From NCBI GenBank assembly GCA_003614675.1, contig ML002367.1, positions 1 through 37,419 of the forward strand: 37,419 nt of DNA, given 5' to 3'. Position 1 is the stretch's first letter. Every line of letters starts with the position of its first letter. Below the pieces are notes generated by a model. That model worked only from the letters and a program-made list of their open reading frames with translations, made no database searches and had not been told where the DNA came from. Below, in pieces: positions 1-12,081 of the stretch. This stretch comes from Dimargaris cristalligena (taxonomy: Eukaryota). Both the position numbers and the translations under genes were made by a program.

Positions 1-113
1 AAACTGGATATACCAGACAAAAAAGCTGCTTCATACCTTATATATAAATATAATAATCAAAATAGTAATAATTCATACCTGTGGCAATCAAGGGGACACT
101 CCACCTTGCCACA

Positions 114-179
114 CCACTTACCATTAGAAGCCTATCCCCGAGACTCTTGATGGACTAAGAGTAGTTAACCCGGGTGACA
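114..179. repeat. Dispersed 66-bp repeat, copy 1 (possible LTR 3' end or other transposon remnant)
   Basis: Ungapped match to 26813-26878, 55/66 identical by hand, all mismatches transitions. Internal hairpin ACTCTT-N8-AAGAGT; ends in ...GACA. Confidence 0.8.
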
Positions 180-977
180 CATTCAAACATATTTATTTAA
201 TAATAATTCAATGTAATACTTGGGAGTGATAACTATGCAGTAACTGAGTGCCATAGTTGAACAGGGGCTTCTGCTTGTGATCATGCTTGGGATTATATAA
301 CCCAGTTTTATGATCAAAATTGACAGGTTTAAATATGGCAGATGGCAAAACTACAGTATGTTTTTCTGGAAGTATCTACATGATCACCAGCAAAAGGTCC
401 TTCACCAGGGATGGCCCCTGCTATAGAACCAGATTTTGTTTTATCGGCTTATTCTCCACCCATGGTTTCTAAGGTGATGGCAAATTCCTTCACTGGTTTC
501 AACATTAGTGCCCATGTCATAGCAATATAGATTTGTTCGGAAATTATTACAGCTGATGCACCTGGTATTTAGCTCCCGCTCATCCTACACTATGTAGTAA
601 TACAATACTATGGGGAAATCCACTGTAAAATCGGATGCCTTTTTTATTATCACCATCCATAAACTCATTTTACTTGCCAATGTAATTCCCCAACGCCAGA
701 TGCCCTCCCGGATTTTTATTTTTTCAAATATTAAATAATGGTCACACTGATCTAACCAGCTCAATATCTACCCATCTTACCTATTAATTATCATTGATGG
801 GCCTGCCTATCAATCTGCCCGATGATTACATATTCAAGAAACTTAGTAACTACGGACAGTTACTTTTTTTAGGCTATTGACATGTTAAAGAATTTTGGGC
901 AATTATCATCTGAGCAGTATTTAGTTACTCCTTGTATACCCCAATGGCTTTTTTGTAGTTTTGACCAGGCTAAGTGA

Positions 978-1122
978 ATATGGGAGAGGTTCAACCAGGC
1001 TGTAAAATCAAAATTTCGTTAGATGAGGTAAATATTACTAATTAATAGTGAATATTCCATCTATTTCCCCATAACCATAACATTTAAAGCCTTATAAAGC
1101 TGGGCTGAATTGCACCCACTTA
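978..1122 (+). mobile_element. MITE-like element (~145 bp), family copy
   Basis: Ungapped ~75% match by hand (109/145) to the reverse complement of 28648-28792. Imperfect terminal inverted repeats ATATGGGAGAGGTTCAACCAGGCTGTA...TAAAGCTGGGCTGAATTGCACCCA. Confidence 0.75.
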
Positions 1123-2904
1123 TTTTAAGGGATATAATAGCAAGGTAATATAGAAGTGCTGAATATTCTGGGTTGAGGAGGGTCCCCACCCAGGTGGATA
1201 GCACAGTAGTTGGCTTATATTTTACCCTTTATCTGATGGCGCTCTCCATGTTTATTGTCGTATTCGGTCTACATTGAGGGTTAGACTCGACTGGTTCAAG
1301 TGGGTTACCACAGCTCTATTTAAACCAATAGGGCAGCATCAAATACCCCCCCCCCCAACATTATAAACCCTCGGCCCCATTTATGACTATACTCATTTTC
1401 TGACCAAGAATGCCTACCATAGCGGTATAAGTTAGAGCCTCAATATCATTTGTATATTTCTCCTTAAAAACTCTTTGAGCTTGACTATTTTGAACAGTGC
1501 CCTTCTACTCGAGATAAATGCACCCAATTTTTACAAATGTTCGTTGGAGCTAGGAATGCTATGCATGAAGAGGTTGTAGCCACTGGCTTGTTGAAAATTT
1601 AGTTTTAATATTCAGGAGAAAGGTGGAAATAGAGTGCAGCCAATATTTACAGTAACTAGTGTAGGTTTAGTATTAGGATCTTTTGCATATTATGTAGGCC
1701 TTTTAATGGAAAATATCAGCCAATTGCCACCCCGATACATGTAGGAAAACATAAGAATAGATGAACACGTTGGTGATCGCGTATATTAATCGGAATTTAA
1801 TATCAGTTTGGGTGACAAGGTTGGTTATCAATATGTTTTTGTCCCCACCTGTACGTCCCATATCAAGGCAGTCCCGAATTTCCCCCCCTCACGGCCCTCA
1901 CATGGACTAGGCTGCCCCGGTGTTTTCATGGTCTAGCTCGTTTCCTCTTCATTGCTCTCACCCTGTCCCTCCATCATAGGTTTCAGTTATCGCTAGTAGA
2001 GCATCGGGTAAAAATGTCGAAAAAACGACTTCGTGAGCAGCAGCCCAAAAGGCATAACTGGGGTTCAATTTATGAGACCCACACTTATTTTATTGCATTT
2101 TTTGGGACAAGCTCACTGTTTGTGAACGTACGGCATTAAATTGGGCAATGGGTACCGGTAGTTCAACCAAACACCGTCTATGGCAAGGGTTATGGTTGGG
2201 ACTCCAAAGAGGTCGTGGAGGTTTAATGCCCAGCTGATACGGCCACCCATAGTTTGGAGTCCATCGTTCGAGTCATTTAACGGCGGGATGGCTCATCGAT
2301 ATCCGGCCAGTCTAAGATGCGGCAGGTAAAACCAATCATCACAGAGTACCTCATGTAAAATACCCCTGCAGCAGAGAGGGAATCTCTATTGAAAGGCTGG
2401 AATAACAATGGGGAGGCGGATGATCTCAAAAGTAACATAGAATATGACCCGAGCCCAAGTCCAATGATTCACATCTCGCTAATGTATGTGTATATCTATA
2501 TCAGCGAGAGAAACCCCGGCAGTCAAAATCATGAACGCACTCCCCATCTCCCCTACTTCGATAACCCAATAAAAGCGATGGTAGATCGTTTCATTATTCT
2601 ACCCCAAAAGAGATTGTGTACATCTGTTCAGGGTACCTCTGCCGCCATTGGCTCTTATATCATCCTTGTTAAAGGGGAGCGGAGAGGAGGAATTTAGCTT
2701 ATTATTCGGTGTGAGCGTATAGCGACCGCACTTTGTAATACGCCGTTTCTTCGTGCAAGAGGCTATTTGATATGCGTGCAGCGTAGTGTAGTAGTAGCCA
2801 TTCAAACTGAGAGTCCTAAAGGCGACCAACATGTGAGTGCCGCACCGTGCCTTGGTCTATTGGACATGGGGTGGATGGAGTGGTTTACCCTTGGCCAAAA
2901 AACG

Positions 2905-2912
2905 TATAAATA
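2905..2912 (+). promoter_or_regulatory. TATA box of the small secreted protein gene
   Basis: TATAAATA about 200 nt upstream of ATG 3107, followed by a CT-rich leader typical of fungal 5' UTRs. Confidence 0.55.
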
Positions 2913-3106
2913 GCCGGTGGTATCGCCCCTTGCTTACCTCACCAAGTCACTCATTTTCCAGCTCTCCTACACCCCTCACCCCTTCTCTTGTATTTGCATC
3001 ACCAATTTACACCATCGATAGCCTCGTGGATCTTGACCTATCATTTTGCCCATTTTTTTTTCACCCCCGCTTATCCCACCCGTCACCCACTCCCCGTTAA
3101 TTCACT

Positions 3107-3588
3107 ATGGTGTCCCTACGTATGAACATTCTTGGTCTGGCCGCTATTGGCCTTTCGTTTTGTCTCCAGGCTCAAAGTTCGATAACGGCATTCCCCCTTG
3201 GATTCAACCAAAATCCCAATAGTGCTGGTCCGAGAGGCGGACCGTCCGGGGTTGGAGGTAGCAACAACCTTGGAAATAAGTTCTCCCGCCAAGGACTCCG
3301 AGATAATTTAAAAACCAACTATGCGGTAAGTATCTATACACGAGGCTGATTATTAGAAATCATTTTTCTACATATCCGACCAATTTCATTTACTGCCCCA
3401 AAACCTCCACTAATGGCCAAATTATGCTCTTGTTAATTCGTGCTTAATATAATTTACAGGCTGCTAACCATGCTAATGGAAATCCCCCAAGAGATACCCG
3501 GAAATACATGCAGGAGCTGAATAATAAAAAAACTGCGGCTCAAGGTATTTTATCGGGAAAGCCAGCCGATCGCAATACCAGATATTAG
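3107..3588 (+). CDS. Small secreted protein, 115 aa, Gly/Asn-rich and basic, function unknown
   Basis: Exons 3107-3325 and 3460-3588, with a phase-0 intron 3326-3459 (GTAAGT...TACAG). Signal-peptide-like N-terminus MVSLRMNILGLAAIGLSFCLQAQSSITA. Exon 2 reads AANHANGNPPRDTRKYMQELNNKKTAAQGILSGKPADRNTRY-TAG. Confidence 0.75.
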
Positions 3589-4403
3589 CCTTTTCGGATA
3601 CATTGTTTGTATTCCCAATTAACTATTACACTTAAATGTAAATAAAATTGACCTCCAGGAGACCCCAAGACCATGTAAAGTGTTCCGATTATGTTCAATT
3701 GAAATAAATGTATTTGATTATTTTTTTTAGGTTTTATATTTGAGGTTGGGGATTGCTTGAAGTGATACTAATGTTAATGGTTGGGCTGGTGTAAAAACCC
3801 GGAGAGGAATGGGGTGATATCCACACATAAAGGCTTGGTTCAGGACTCCCGTACTTGGAAAGTAACTTAGACCCATAATAGCCCATGTCGTCGTTAAAAT
3901 TCTCGGTAAGACAAGTCACTGGTGGCTTTTTAAACTAAATTTGGTTACGCAAAACTAATTGTACTCTTCGGATATGCCTATCTATCTAACCCATTAAAAA
4001 AATCTCTAGCACACCCTTTCGCTTAAATCTTCGGGGTTTCGTGCGTAAAAATATGTGGATCAGATAGATTGATTAAGGCAGCCATCGTTGCGGTCAGGGT
4101 ATTTTTTAATGGGGAAGAGTATTTATAATCATATTAATAGCAATTACAGAATAGACAGGCTTAATTTTAAAAAAAATAACACAGTGTAATCTAACTGGTA
4201 CGGAGTAAAATAATGATGTGGATTCAGCTAAACTTATAAAATATCGGGTTGAAATCCGAACACCGCATCAGCGAAAATTTAGAAAAAAGCAATAGCATAG
4301 TTCTAAGCGAATAGGACAAAAAAAAGGGTGGGGGGAGGAAGATAAGATAGCGACAAACAGCTGGGCATCGTTCAGTTACTCCCTAATAAACGGGGCCGTC
4401 AGC

Positions 4404-7400
4404 TTACATGTCGAACCCAAGGGCAAAGTTAGGGTGGACCATAAGAACCGGATCGTCCGTTTCACCCGCCAAAATGGCCGCACCGCCCACCGTTGGTGCC
4501 TCGTCGTCCGCCATATCACCACCACTGCCCTCCTCCTTCGGCAACCACTGGTCCTTCTGAATGGCCAGGAGCACATTTTCCACCTTGATGAGGTAGTTTA
4601 AGACCGTTTTGATGAGTTTCTGTTCCTGGAGGAACTGTTCCTCCGTTTCCAAAGCGTCCTCCTTTTGTTCCAGGTACCATTCGATCACCTGGGACCGGCG
4701 CAGACTCTCCTGGCCCGCGTCTTCGAGGGATTTCAAATGGGCCGTCACCATGTTCCGGATCAGTTCGAATGACTCGCGCTTAATCTTAAGTTTGCGCACC
4801 GAAGTGCTATCCTGGGTAGAAGAACCCCCCTCGGCAGTGGACCGGCTCGTCTGGGTCAGAACCGCCGCAGCGGACAGGGGGCCAGACGAGCTTCCGCCCG
4901 TCCCTTCACCACTGCCGGAACGCGGGTCGTTGTTGGTCATGATGTCTTCGGTATACTCGACATCCGTCATTTCCAGGGGCAGAATCGAACAGCGCAGCAG
5001 ACGCACCGCCTCCCGCACGTGGGCGGGAAAAATTTCTTCACTACAGTGCACCCGGGCCAGCGCCTCCGATAACCGGATCAGACTCTCCAACTGGCGAACG
5101 GTAATACGGAACGAGGCCTTTCCCACTCCTTGGGCGTCTTCCTGGCGCAGATTACGGTACTGTTCCCAGAGAAGTTTACTGGATTCGGGGGTCAGTTTGG
5201 GGCGGATGGTACGGGCGTACCGCAGGTAGCGCTGAATCTGGGCCGTCGAAAACTCCGGGTGGATGGCTTTATCTTTACGCATGTGCACGTTGCAGATGTA
5301 GCGGGCCAGATTATAATCCGATGTTTCGTTGCCATCGTCGACCATCACGAAGAACAGGTCAAAACGGGACATGATGGGAGCCGTCATGGCGATATTCTGT
5401 TTTAGTGTCAGTCGTTTGTTGTACCGGCCGGCAATGGGGTTCGCGGCGGCCAGAATCGAGGTACGCGCGTTCAAGGTAGCGTGAATACCGGCCTTGGCAA
5501 TCGAAATGGTTTGCTGTTCCATGGCTTCGTGAATGGCGACTTGGTCCACAATTTCCATCTTATCGAATTCGTCGATACAACAAATCCCGTTGTCGGCCAA
5601 CATGAGGGCACCGGCTTCGATGGTAAATTCGCCCGTTTCTTCATCTTTAACCACGGAGGCCGTCAGACCTGCCGCACTAGATGCCTTACCGGAGGTGAAC
5701 ACCGCGCGGGGCACCAGGTTGCATACGTATTTAAGGAACTGGGATTTACTCATACTAGGGTCACCCACCACACAGACGTTGATATCCCCACGCAGGCGGA
5801 TACCTTCGGGGGTTTGTTTGTGCACCCCGCCCATGAGCTGGAGGAGAATGCCCTTCTTGACCTCTTCGTTACCGAAAATAGTGGGGGCCAAGCTCTGCAC
5901 CAACTTGTGGTAGATGGTGGATTCCTGTTCCTTCATCAAACGCAAATCGTCCATTTCCTCCTGGGTGAACCGGCTGAGGAGGGTGGCCTGGTCCTCCTCC
6001 TCTTCGGCGATGTCGGTACTGTCTACCCACAGGTTACTGGCCGACGTAGTCACGCTATCCATACTGCTACCCCCACTGTGGCCGGTACGGGCGTCCGCCC
6101 GCCGGACGTGACAGGCCAAGAAAGCCAGTCGGTAGGTTAAATCACGCACCCCCAGTGCCTTGAGTCCGGTCACGCCGTCCTCGCCGTAACCCTCCCGCGT
6201 GCGGCCCTGGCCGCCCACATCCCGCTGGGACTCGGCTTTGTTACCGGGCGCATTGATCTGACTCACGTCAGGAATGACCAGGAGCGATCCGGTGAAGACC
6301 ATTTTATCGCCGGCCTTACAGTGTTCGACCAAATCGCCGCGCAAAATTACGTCGAGGGAGCGCGGCATGCTGCCCGCGGGGATTTCGTTGGCGTTTTCCT
6401 GAATCCGGACCCGCTGCCAATCGACAAACATGGAACTCTCCAAGTGGAGATCCCAGCTACCGCGGTTTTGGCAGACGGGATTTTGGCAAAGGCTAGGCTC
6501 GGTGTACTTGAATTGCTGCTCCACATGGTAGGCCATGGTTTGGCACATGGTGCACTGGAAACTGCCGAAGATTAATTCCGGTCGGACCTCGCTGGTTCGC
6601 GTCACGGTACCACTAATACTAGTGAGCTGGCCCACCTTATCGGTGCGCAGTTCCCGGATGCGAGACACGGAGGGGAGGTTCGTCAAGGCCACGTAGAACA
6701 TGCGTAGCTGGGCGGACCCATTGACGGCCATAGAAGACACGGAAGATGCGGTAGCGGTTGTGGCGGGAGTATCCGTGGGTTGGGCCACGTGCCCCAGGGC
6801 CGACGCCGAGTTGGAAGTAAGGGTATAACTGGGCACATATTTGCGAACCAAATTCTGCACACCCTTCCGCAGGAATGGTTCGAACCGGTAGTACTGATCG
6901 GCCAGGGCCTGGGCCAGATCCTCGTTGGCCGACAGGAGGTGGTTGAAGTCCACGACCAGCGTATGGGTTTCGTCCTGTTTCATCTGGTACAGCTGGGCCA
7001 CGTACGGCTTGTAAATATGGTCACCCGGGACAGGAGCGGTCGTAATAATGGCTTCGGCCACCGCGAATTGTTCCAGGAAATCCTCGAACCGCTGCCGAGC
7101 GTCTTCGGCATTGATATCAATTACTTTGGGGATGCTTCGGGGATCAATCGGGGCCTTGGGGACCGTACGCTTGAGACCGGCGGACGGAGCAGTGGAGCCC
7201 ACGTTGTGGGCATCCCCTTGGCTCAGCAAGGCCGCGGGGTCGCTGGGCAGAACACCCGCCGAACCGCCAAACCCTGGCGTAGCGTAGTTGAGAGGGGTCA
7301 TCGCCGAACCGGGGGTAAACGGGGTAAAGGGCGTACCCGGGTTGATGGAGGCATCGCTCCAGAGTGGGGGGTTGGACTGCTGGGAGTTTTGAGCCACCAT
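4404..7400 (-). CDS. MCM6: DNA replication licensing factor MCM6 (998 aa, single exon)
   Basis: Zn finger CTMC...CQNPVC, Walker A GDPSMSKS, Walker B IDEFDKM, Arg finger SRFD. MCM6-type segments GVTGLKALGVRDLTYRLAFLAC, KDEETGEFTIEAGALMLADNG and MTAPIMSRFDLFF; C-terminal winged-helix-like region. Confidence 0.96.
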   Translation of the reverse strand: MVAQNSQQSNPPLWSDASINPGTPFTPFTPGSAMTPLNYATPGFGGSAGVLPSDPAALLSQGDAHNVGSTAPSAGLKRTVPKAPIDPRSIPKVIDINAEDARQRFEDFLEQFAVAEAIITTAPVPGDHIYKPYVAQLYQMKQDETHTLVVDFNHLLSANEDLAQALADQYYRFEPFLRKGVQNLVRKYVPSYTLTSNSASALGHVAQPTDTPATTATASSVSSMAVNGSAQLRMFYVALTNLPSVSRIRELRTDKVGQLTSISGTVTRTSEVRPELIFGSFQCTMCQTMAYHVEQQFKYTEPSLCQNPVCQNRGSWDLHLESSMFVDWQRVRIQENANEIPAGSMPRSLDVILRGDLVEHCKAGDKMVFTGSLLVIPDVSQINAPGNKAESQRDVGGQGRTREGYGEDGVTGLKALGVRDLTYRLAFLACHVRRADARTGHSGGSSMDSVTTSASNLWVDSTDIAEEEEDQATLLSRFTQEEMDDLRLMKEQESTIYHKLVQSLAPTIFGNEEVKKGILLQLMGGVHKQTPEGIRLRGDINVCVVGDPSMSKSQFLKYVCNLVPRAVFTSGKASSAAGLTASVVKDEETGEFTIEAGALMLADNGICCIDEFDKMEIVDQVAIHEAMEQQTISIAKAGIHATLNARTSILAAANPIAGRYNKRLTLKQNIAMTAPIMSRFDLFFVMVDDGNETSDYNLARYICNVHMRKDKAIHPEFSTAQIQRYLRYARTIRPKLTPESSKLLWEQYRNLRQEDAQGVGKASFRITVRQLESLIRLSEALARVHCSEEIFPAHVREAVRLLRCSILPLEMTDVEYTEDIMTNNDPRSGSGEGTGGSSSGPLSAAAVLTQTSRSTAEGGSSTQDSTSVRKLKIKRESFELIRNMVTAHLKSLEDAGQESLRRSQVIEWYLEQKEDALETEEQFLQEQKLIKTVLNYLIKVENVLLAIQKDQWLPKEEGSGGDMADDEAPTVGGAAILAGETDDPVLMVHPNFALGFDM

Positions 7401-7900
7401 GGTTAGTTGGACAGATAAAAACTTTGGGGATGATTAAAGCGCTGGGGAGTGAATAACGGTGGAACTCGAACACACGGCTCCAATGGCAACACGAATTCCA
7501 AGGTGAGGTCTTCGGATCGGGTATAGGACTAGAAATGCCTTGGGCTCAGCCACTATTAAAGGACTAATATCGGAGTGTAAAGTAGCGTAGGTATAAAGGC
7601 ATATAATAATAACAATAATAAGTTCAATAAAGCCCACGATTAACCAAGAATGAACTGGAAGATGAGTGAAGGCTGGTAAAGGCAACGGATACACTGAGCT
7701 ACAATAGAGAACCACCTAGTGTATAGAGACCAAGCGGGTGGTATCAAGGGTGTTTTCTTGGCTCTGGAGTTTGTTTTGATTTGGGTCAATTCTTGACCCA
7801 CTCAGATGTCTGCAACTATAGAAAGGAAAACAATCCAAAATGCCCGTGCCACTAGGCGAGATTATAGGGGTATTATAGTGGGAAATACGGGTTGATAAAG

Positions 7901-7909
7901 GTCACGTGA
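7901..7909. promoter_or_regulatory. GTCACGTGA E-box (Cbf1/bHLH-type) upstream of MCM6
   Basis: Match to RTCACGTG about 500 nt upstream of the MCM6 ATG. The same 9-mer occurs, inverted, at 18197-18205. Confidence 0.45.
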
Positions 7910-8450
7910 TAACCTACAAAGTAGCCGGAATTGGTGGAATTTATTTAAAAGGGCGGCTTGTTATATATTTCCCGAAACAGTCTTAGTAATTGTTTAAGTA
8001 AACCCGTTGACCAAAGCTAATTTATTAGAGATCACCAGGTTACTCAATTATCCGTTTTCTCTATTAGGAAACCATGTTCCCCAAGGACATAGCACCCCTA
8101 TATCGCTTGTTTTACGTTGTATTTTAATCCATGGGTGGCACGCTCAAATAGCACGGGGGTTCGCAAATATACCCGGTACGGATTTTTATTGAAAAAAATC
8201 AACCAAAGCAGCCAAAGAGCTTGAATTAACGGGGTGATCATTAGTGGGTAACAAAAAATAAAGCACGCGTGTGGCACAAATCAATGCCCCATGAACCTCA
8301 CCAAAAAACCCAGGGAAATATAAAAATAATTGGCTAATCAAGTGAAAACGGAGAGAAGACAACGGGGATATGGGGCAAGCAATAAGGGTGGTGGGATTAA
8401 CGATGGTAAAATAGTAGAGTGCGGGTTAGAACCTGCTGGGTGGACCAGGT

Positions 8451-11400
8451 TTATGATACGTTCCGCGAAGTTTTGAATCGGGTCCGGGTTGAGGGTGTTC
8501 CTGGTGTGCTACTGCCCCCTGTTGATGGTCCTAAATCAGCCTGGGAGCTTCTACGGTTCAGTGCAGTTCGTCTCGGACCATTACTATTCTCGGGGCCGTC
8601 ATAGCTAGGGTCGTGACCGTGTTCTTGATCGTCGTCGCCATCAGGGTTTATCGACGAGCAAGTCGAATGTCCCGCCGCTGATGACGGCCGGCGCCCTAAT
8701 GAAGCGGCCAGTGAAGGTTTGTGATGGTGATTGGACGAGCACGATAGTTTACCGCAAGGTCCCCGTTCGGCGGGACGCCGGATTTCCACTGGTGAGCGAA
8801 TGGATACCTTTTTAGCACTGGTCGGTCCGTTGGTCTCCCCTCCTCCCGTAACCGAGACGAGGGAAGGTCGGCGAGCTCCCGCCCGTTTGGCAGCCGTACT
8901 TAATGTGGCACCAGTCGCCCGGGAATAAGAGGCACTGGTTTTGACCGGCGAGGTGGCCGATGTAGTGGAATGCACGGAGGATCGGGAGCGGCTGCGCAGC
9001 GGAGTTTCACTGATGGAGACACGCCGGGGTCTACCAGGGGGTGCTGCATCAGGGGTGGTCGAAGCGGCGGCTTTGGTGGTAGGTGATTTGGGGGAGATGG
9101 CGACCACCTCGTCTTCCTCTTCCTCCTCTACAACGGGCTCGGGGTGACGGTGGCCGCTCTGTGGTCCAGGAACTGCGGTGGGGGTCAACTGGTAATGTAC
9201 AGGAATCGTCAATACGGGCCCATGGGGACCGTCGAATTGCATACTCTGAATCCGCGCGAGGATTTCCGGAGTACTTTCGTTTAGATTGAGATTTTTCAAA
9301 TAACTGAGAAATTCGTGGGGCAAGTAGGCAATATAAATATATAAACCGGGGATAGCGTAGGCGTTAGAAATTGATTATAAACAAAAGTAAACTATAGATA
9401 TAGGTGCATTGTCGATGCAAAAATATCCATAAGGATCTAAAAATATAACAGTATTACAAACCCAAGAAATATGATTGACTATTTAAAGAAAAACTTACTG
9501 AGGGGTAGCGGGCATATTACCCAGAATATTGGTGGCTTGGAGGGCCACTTTTTGTTCTTGGAAAGCATCGCGTTCCTTGCGGAGCTCTTCGCGTTCTTTA
9601 CCAAGCAGGATAGCGGCCTCGGTGAATTTGCGGCGCTCGTCGTCCAATTCCGCCCGCTGTTGTTCTAGGGCGTCCCGGTCCTTTTGTAGCAAATCCGGGT
9701 CAACTTCACGGAACGCGGGGTTCGTATGAAGGCCGCTATCTGGACGTTCCGGACGCAGCATCGCCTTTTTAATAACCCGGGTTTGTTCTTCAATGACCCC
9801 CTGGTATTCGGCGAGTTTCTTGTTCAGAATATCGAGTTGTTCATTTAGTTGTTTGATGATCTCCTCCTTCTCGACCAACAGGCTGGCATCAACTTGGTTC
9901 TGGGAATGGGCATGCATGGTTTGCCAGTCCCCCTTCAGGTCGGCGACCAGTTGCTTCATGTCAGTAGACATACGCTCCTTGATGAGCTCGTAGGGCAAGA
10001 CGATCGGTTCTCGGGCAGGGCGGTCGCCGGCTTGGGAGTCAGAGTCCTCAGACGCCGTGGCGATGCTGATATCCATCTTGTCCGATTTGGTTTGCAACAA
10101 ATCAGTAACGCAGGAATACAGTTCGTAAAGGGATTGGCGCAGTTGTTCATTTTCATCCAGGAGCTCTTGCTCGCGCTCTTCGTAGTTCCCTAAAACGATA
10201 TCGACCAATTCTTTATCCTATGGCAACCGGGAAAAAAAGAAAGAATATAGAGATAAAGAATCGATATAGAATGGCTTGCAAATAGCCAAACCGCATAAAG
10301 TTAGAAGCGGTCGTATAGGATCAAATCAAAAATGAATGAGCGTTCTTTTGGAGTTATACAGACGAATGACCCCCATATAGATGGGGTTTTTATTGCCCAG
10401 AGATCCCTTAAGTCTCCGCAGTCTGCTGTGAATACTTACCCCAGCGGATTTACCGAATCCGATATTTCGCTCTTTGACGATGGGGTTCAAGAGCTGCATC
10501 CCGATTTTACCGGTTTTGTATTTATCGGCCACCATCCGCTGCATCTTGTCTTTAACCTTGAGGTTTTCTTGCTCGCGCTTTCGTACTTCGTGCTGTTATA
10601 CCCGAATGGACCCAGGGGTAGAGAGTTACGGTATACATTGAAAGTTAGCCAGGACAATGGCATGTGTATAGTACAAGCGACGCTCCTAAGACAAACATTG
10701 AGGGATCTGTGGAGCGTCAGTATCATTAAAGGATTATCCAAGTAATAGCATAAAGAACTGAGATCGCCTTCGGGAACTTACGGCATACTGAGACCGGCTA
10801 TACTGTAAATTGTTTTTGGCGGATTTGAGTTCCTCTTTAGTACTCCGGTGCTTCTCATTCACCTCTTTAAGCATCGTTTCGGAAATACTAGAACAGGGTG
10901 TAGGGGGGTATGACATGGGTAAAAATGGAGGAATGTATAAACTTAATCCGCTGACCGGAAACCAAGCGGTCAGTTTGGCCAATAACGCCACGCTCCATGG
11001 ACCTATGGGTGCATTAAACCAAAACAGATGAAGATGCCAACATACCTTAGCTTTGACTTGGAGGTATCCGAGTTACGCTCGGCGGTTTCTAGCTCGGTGC
11101 GGAGTTTGGACTAATGGTAATGGAGGGCCGGTGTAGCATAAATACAAGGATTTATAGACAATATAGATTGGTTATGGTGCGCCAGGCAATGGCAGTATCT
11201 GCCTTTAAAGGTACGCTAGGGACAAGCCAGATCCGGCAAAAAGATGCATTATTTTCCAGCCCACCACCGGAGGTAAAACGTCGTCACGTCAGTGGTAATA
11301 GCCATCTTACTTACCACATTCTGGGCCAGAGTTTCTTGATCACTTAATAGTCGGCGGTATTTGTCATCGATTTCTTCGCGGTAGTCCATATCTCGCTACA

Positions 11401-11775
11401 GTCGAACATTGCGAATATTTGTCATTAGAGGGGCAATACAGAAGAAGAACTGGGGTTGGTTAGTTAGCTAGTTGGGGTGGCTCGGTAAGGGTGAGATATT
11501 CGGACAAGGACCACCTCAAGGAGGGAAAGGGGTCGTTCGGTTGCGGCTGAAAAAGGGCTAAACGGGGTTTAAACACCTGGGCAGGCGTTGCAACGAACGA
11601 GGAACTAGGAATGAGTGGGTGACTGGAGGGCCTTCCTTACCTGGCGCTGCTGGAGCAAAGCCGACACACAGCGGAGAATTTGCTCGTTTTCATCATCGTA
11701 ACCTTCCACGAGTCGAAGCGGAGCCGGGAACCCGAAGGCGGTGAGTTCGTGGTTTAGGAAGTGGAGGCTCTCCAT
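8451..11775 (-). CDS. Afadin/alpha-actinin-binding (ADIP/SSX2IP/Msd1-like) coiled-coil protein, ~703 aa
   Basis: Seven exons join in frame via GT-AG introns: 11775-11641, 11395-11315, 11110-11046, 10887-10782, 10592-10440, 10217-9499, 9303-8451. Segments LHFLNHELTAFGFPAPL...ILRCVSALLQQRQRDMDYREE, SRSQYAHEVRKREQENLKVKDKM and YEEREQELLDENEQLRQSL resemble the ADIP family; Ser/Thr/Pro-rich tail. Confidence 0.82.
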
Positions 11776-12068
11776 GGGGACGACCGAAGCGGTGGACACA
11801 CTGGTCGCTTGGTCGGAAAGAGGGGAGATAAGTAGGAAGGGGGTGGCTATAGCAGATAGAAGCGGATAAATAGTAAGTGGAATACAGGGAAGTAAAAACA
11901 GAGCCGCAAGGGACTGAAATTGGAAAACGGAAGAGTAATTGCGAATAGGCCGGAACGAAAGATACCCTTGGAAAAAAACACAAGCAAGGTATATTTTTAG
12001 CAGTTGCTGAAGACCAGTGGCAGCGGTAGAGGATTCCAGTACCACACACCACCATAACAAAAGGGCTG

Positions 12069-12081
12069 TCCCGCCGCCAAA
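12069..12081 (-). promoter_or_regulatory. E2F-like element upstream of the ADIP/Msd1-like gene
   Basis: Minus strand reads TTTGGCGGCGGGA (overlapping TTTGGCGG and GGCGGGA), about 300 nt upstream of the ATG. Confidence 0.35.

Noticed and set aside
2389-3100. Short ORFs upstream of the secreted gene, and others in 18610-18882, 25795-26064, 27398-27644 and 33036-35530
   Set aside because: Non-ATG or weak starts, composition typical of UTR or intergenic DNA, and no motifs or supporting exon structure.
4609-7406. Long plus-strand ORFs (206, 219, 208 aa) overlapping MCM6, and similar antisense ORFs over other genes
   Set aside because: These are shadow ORFs from GC-rich codon usage on the opposite strand, with no recognisable motifs.
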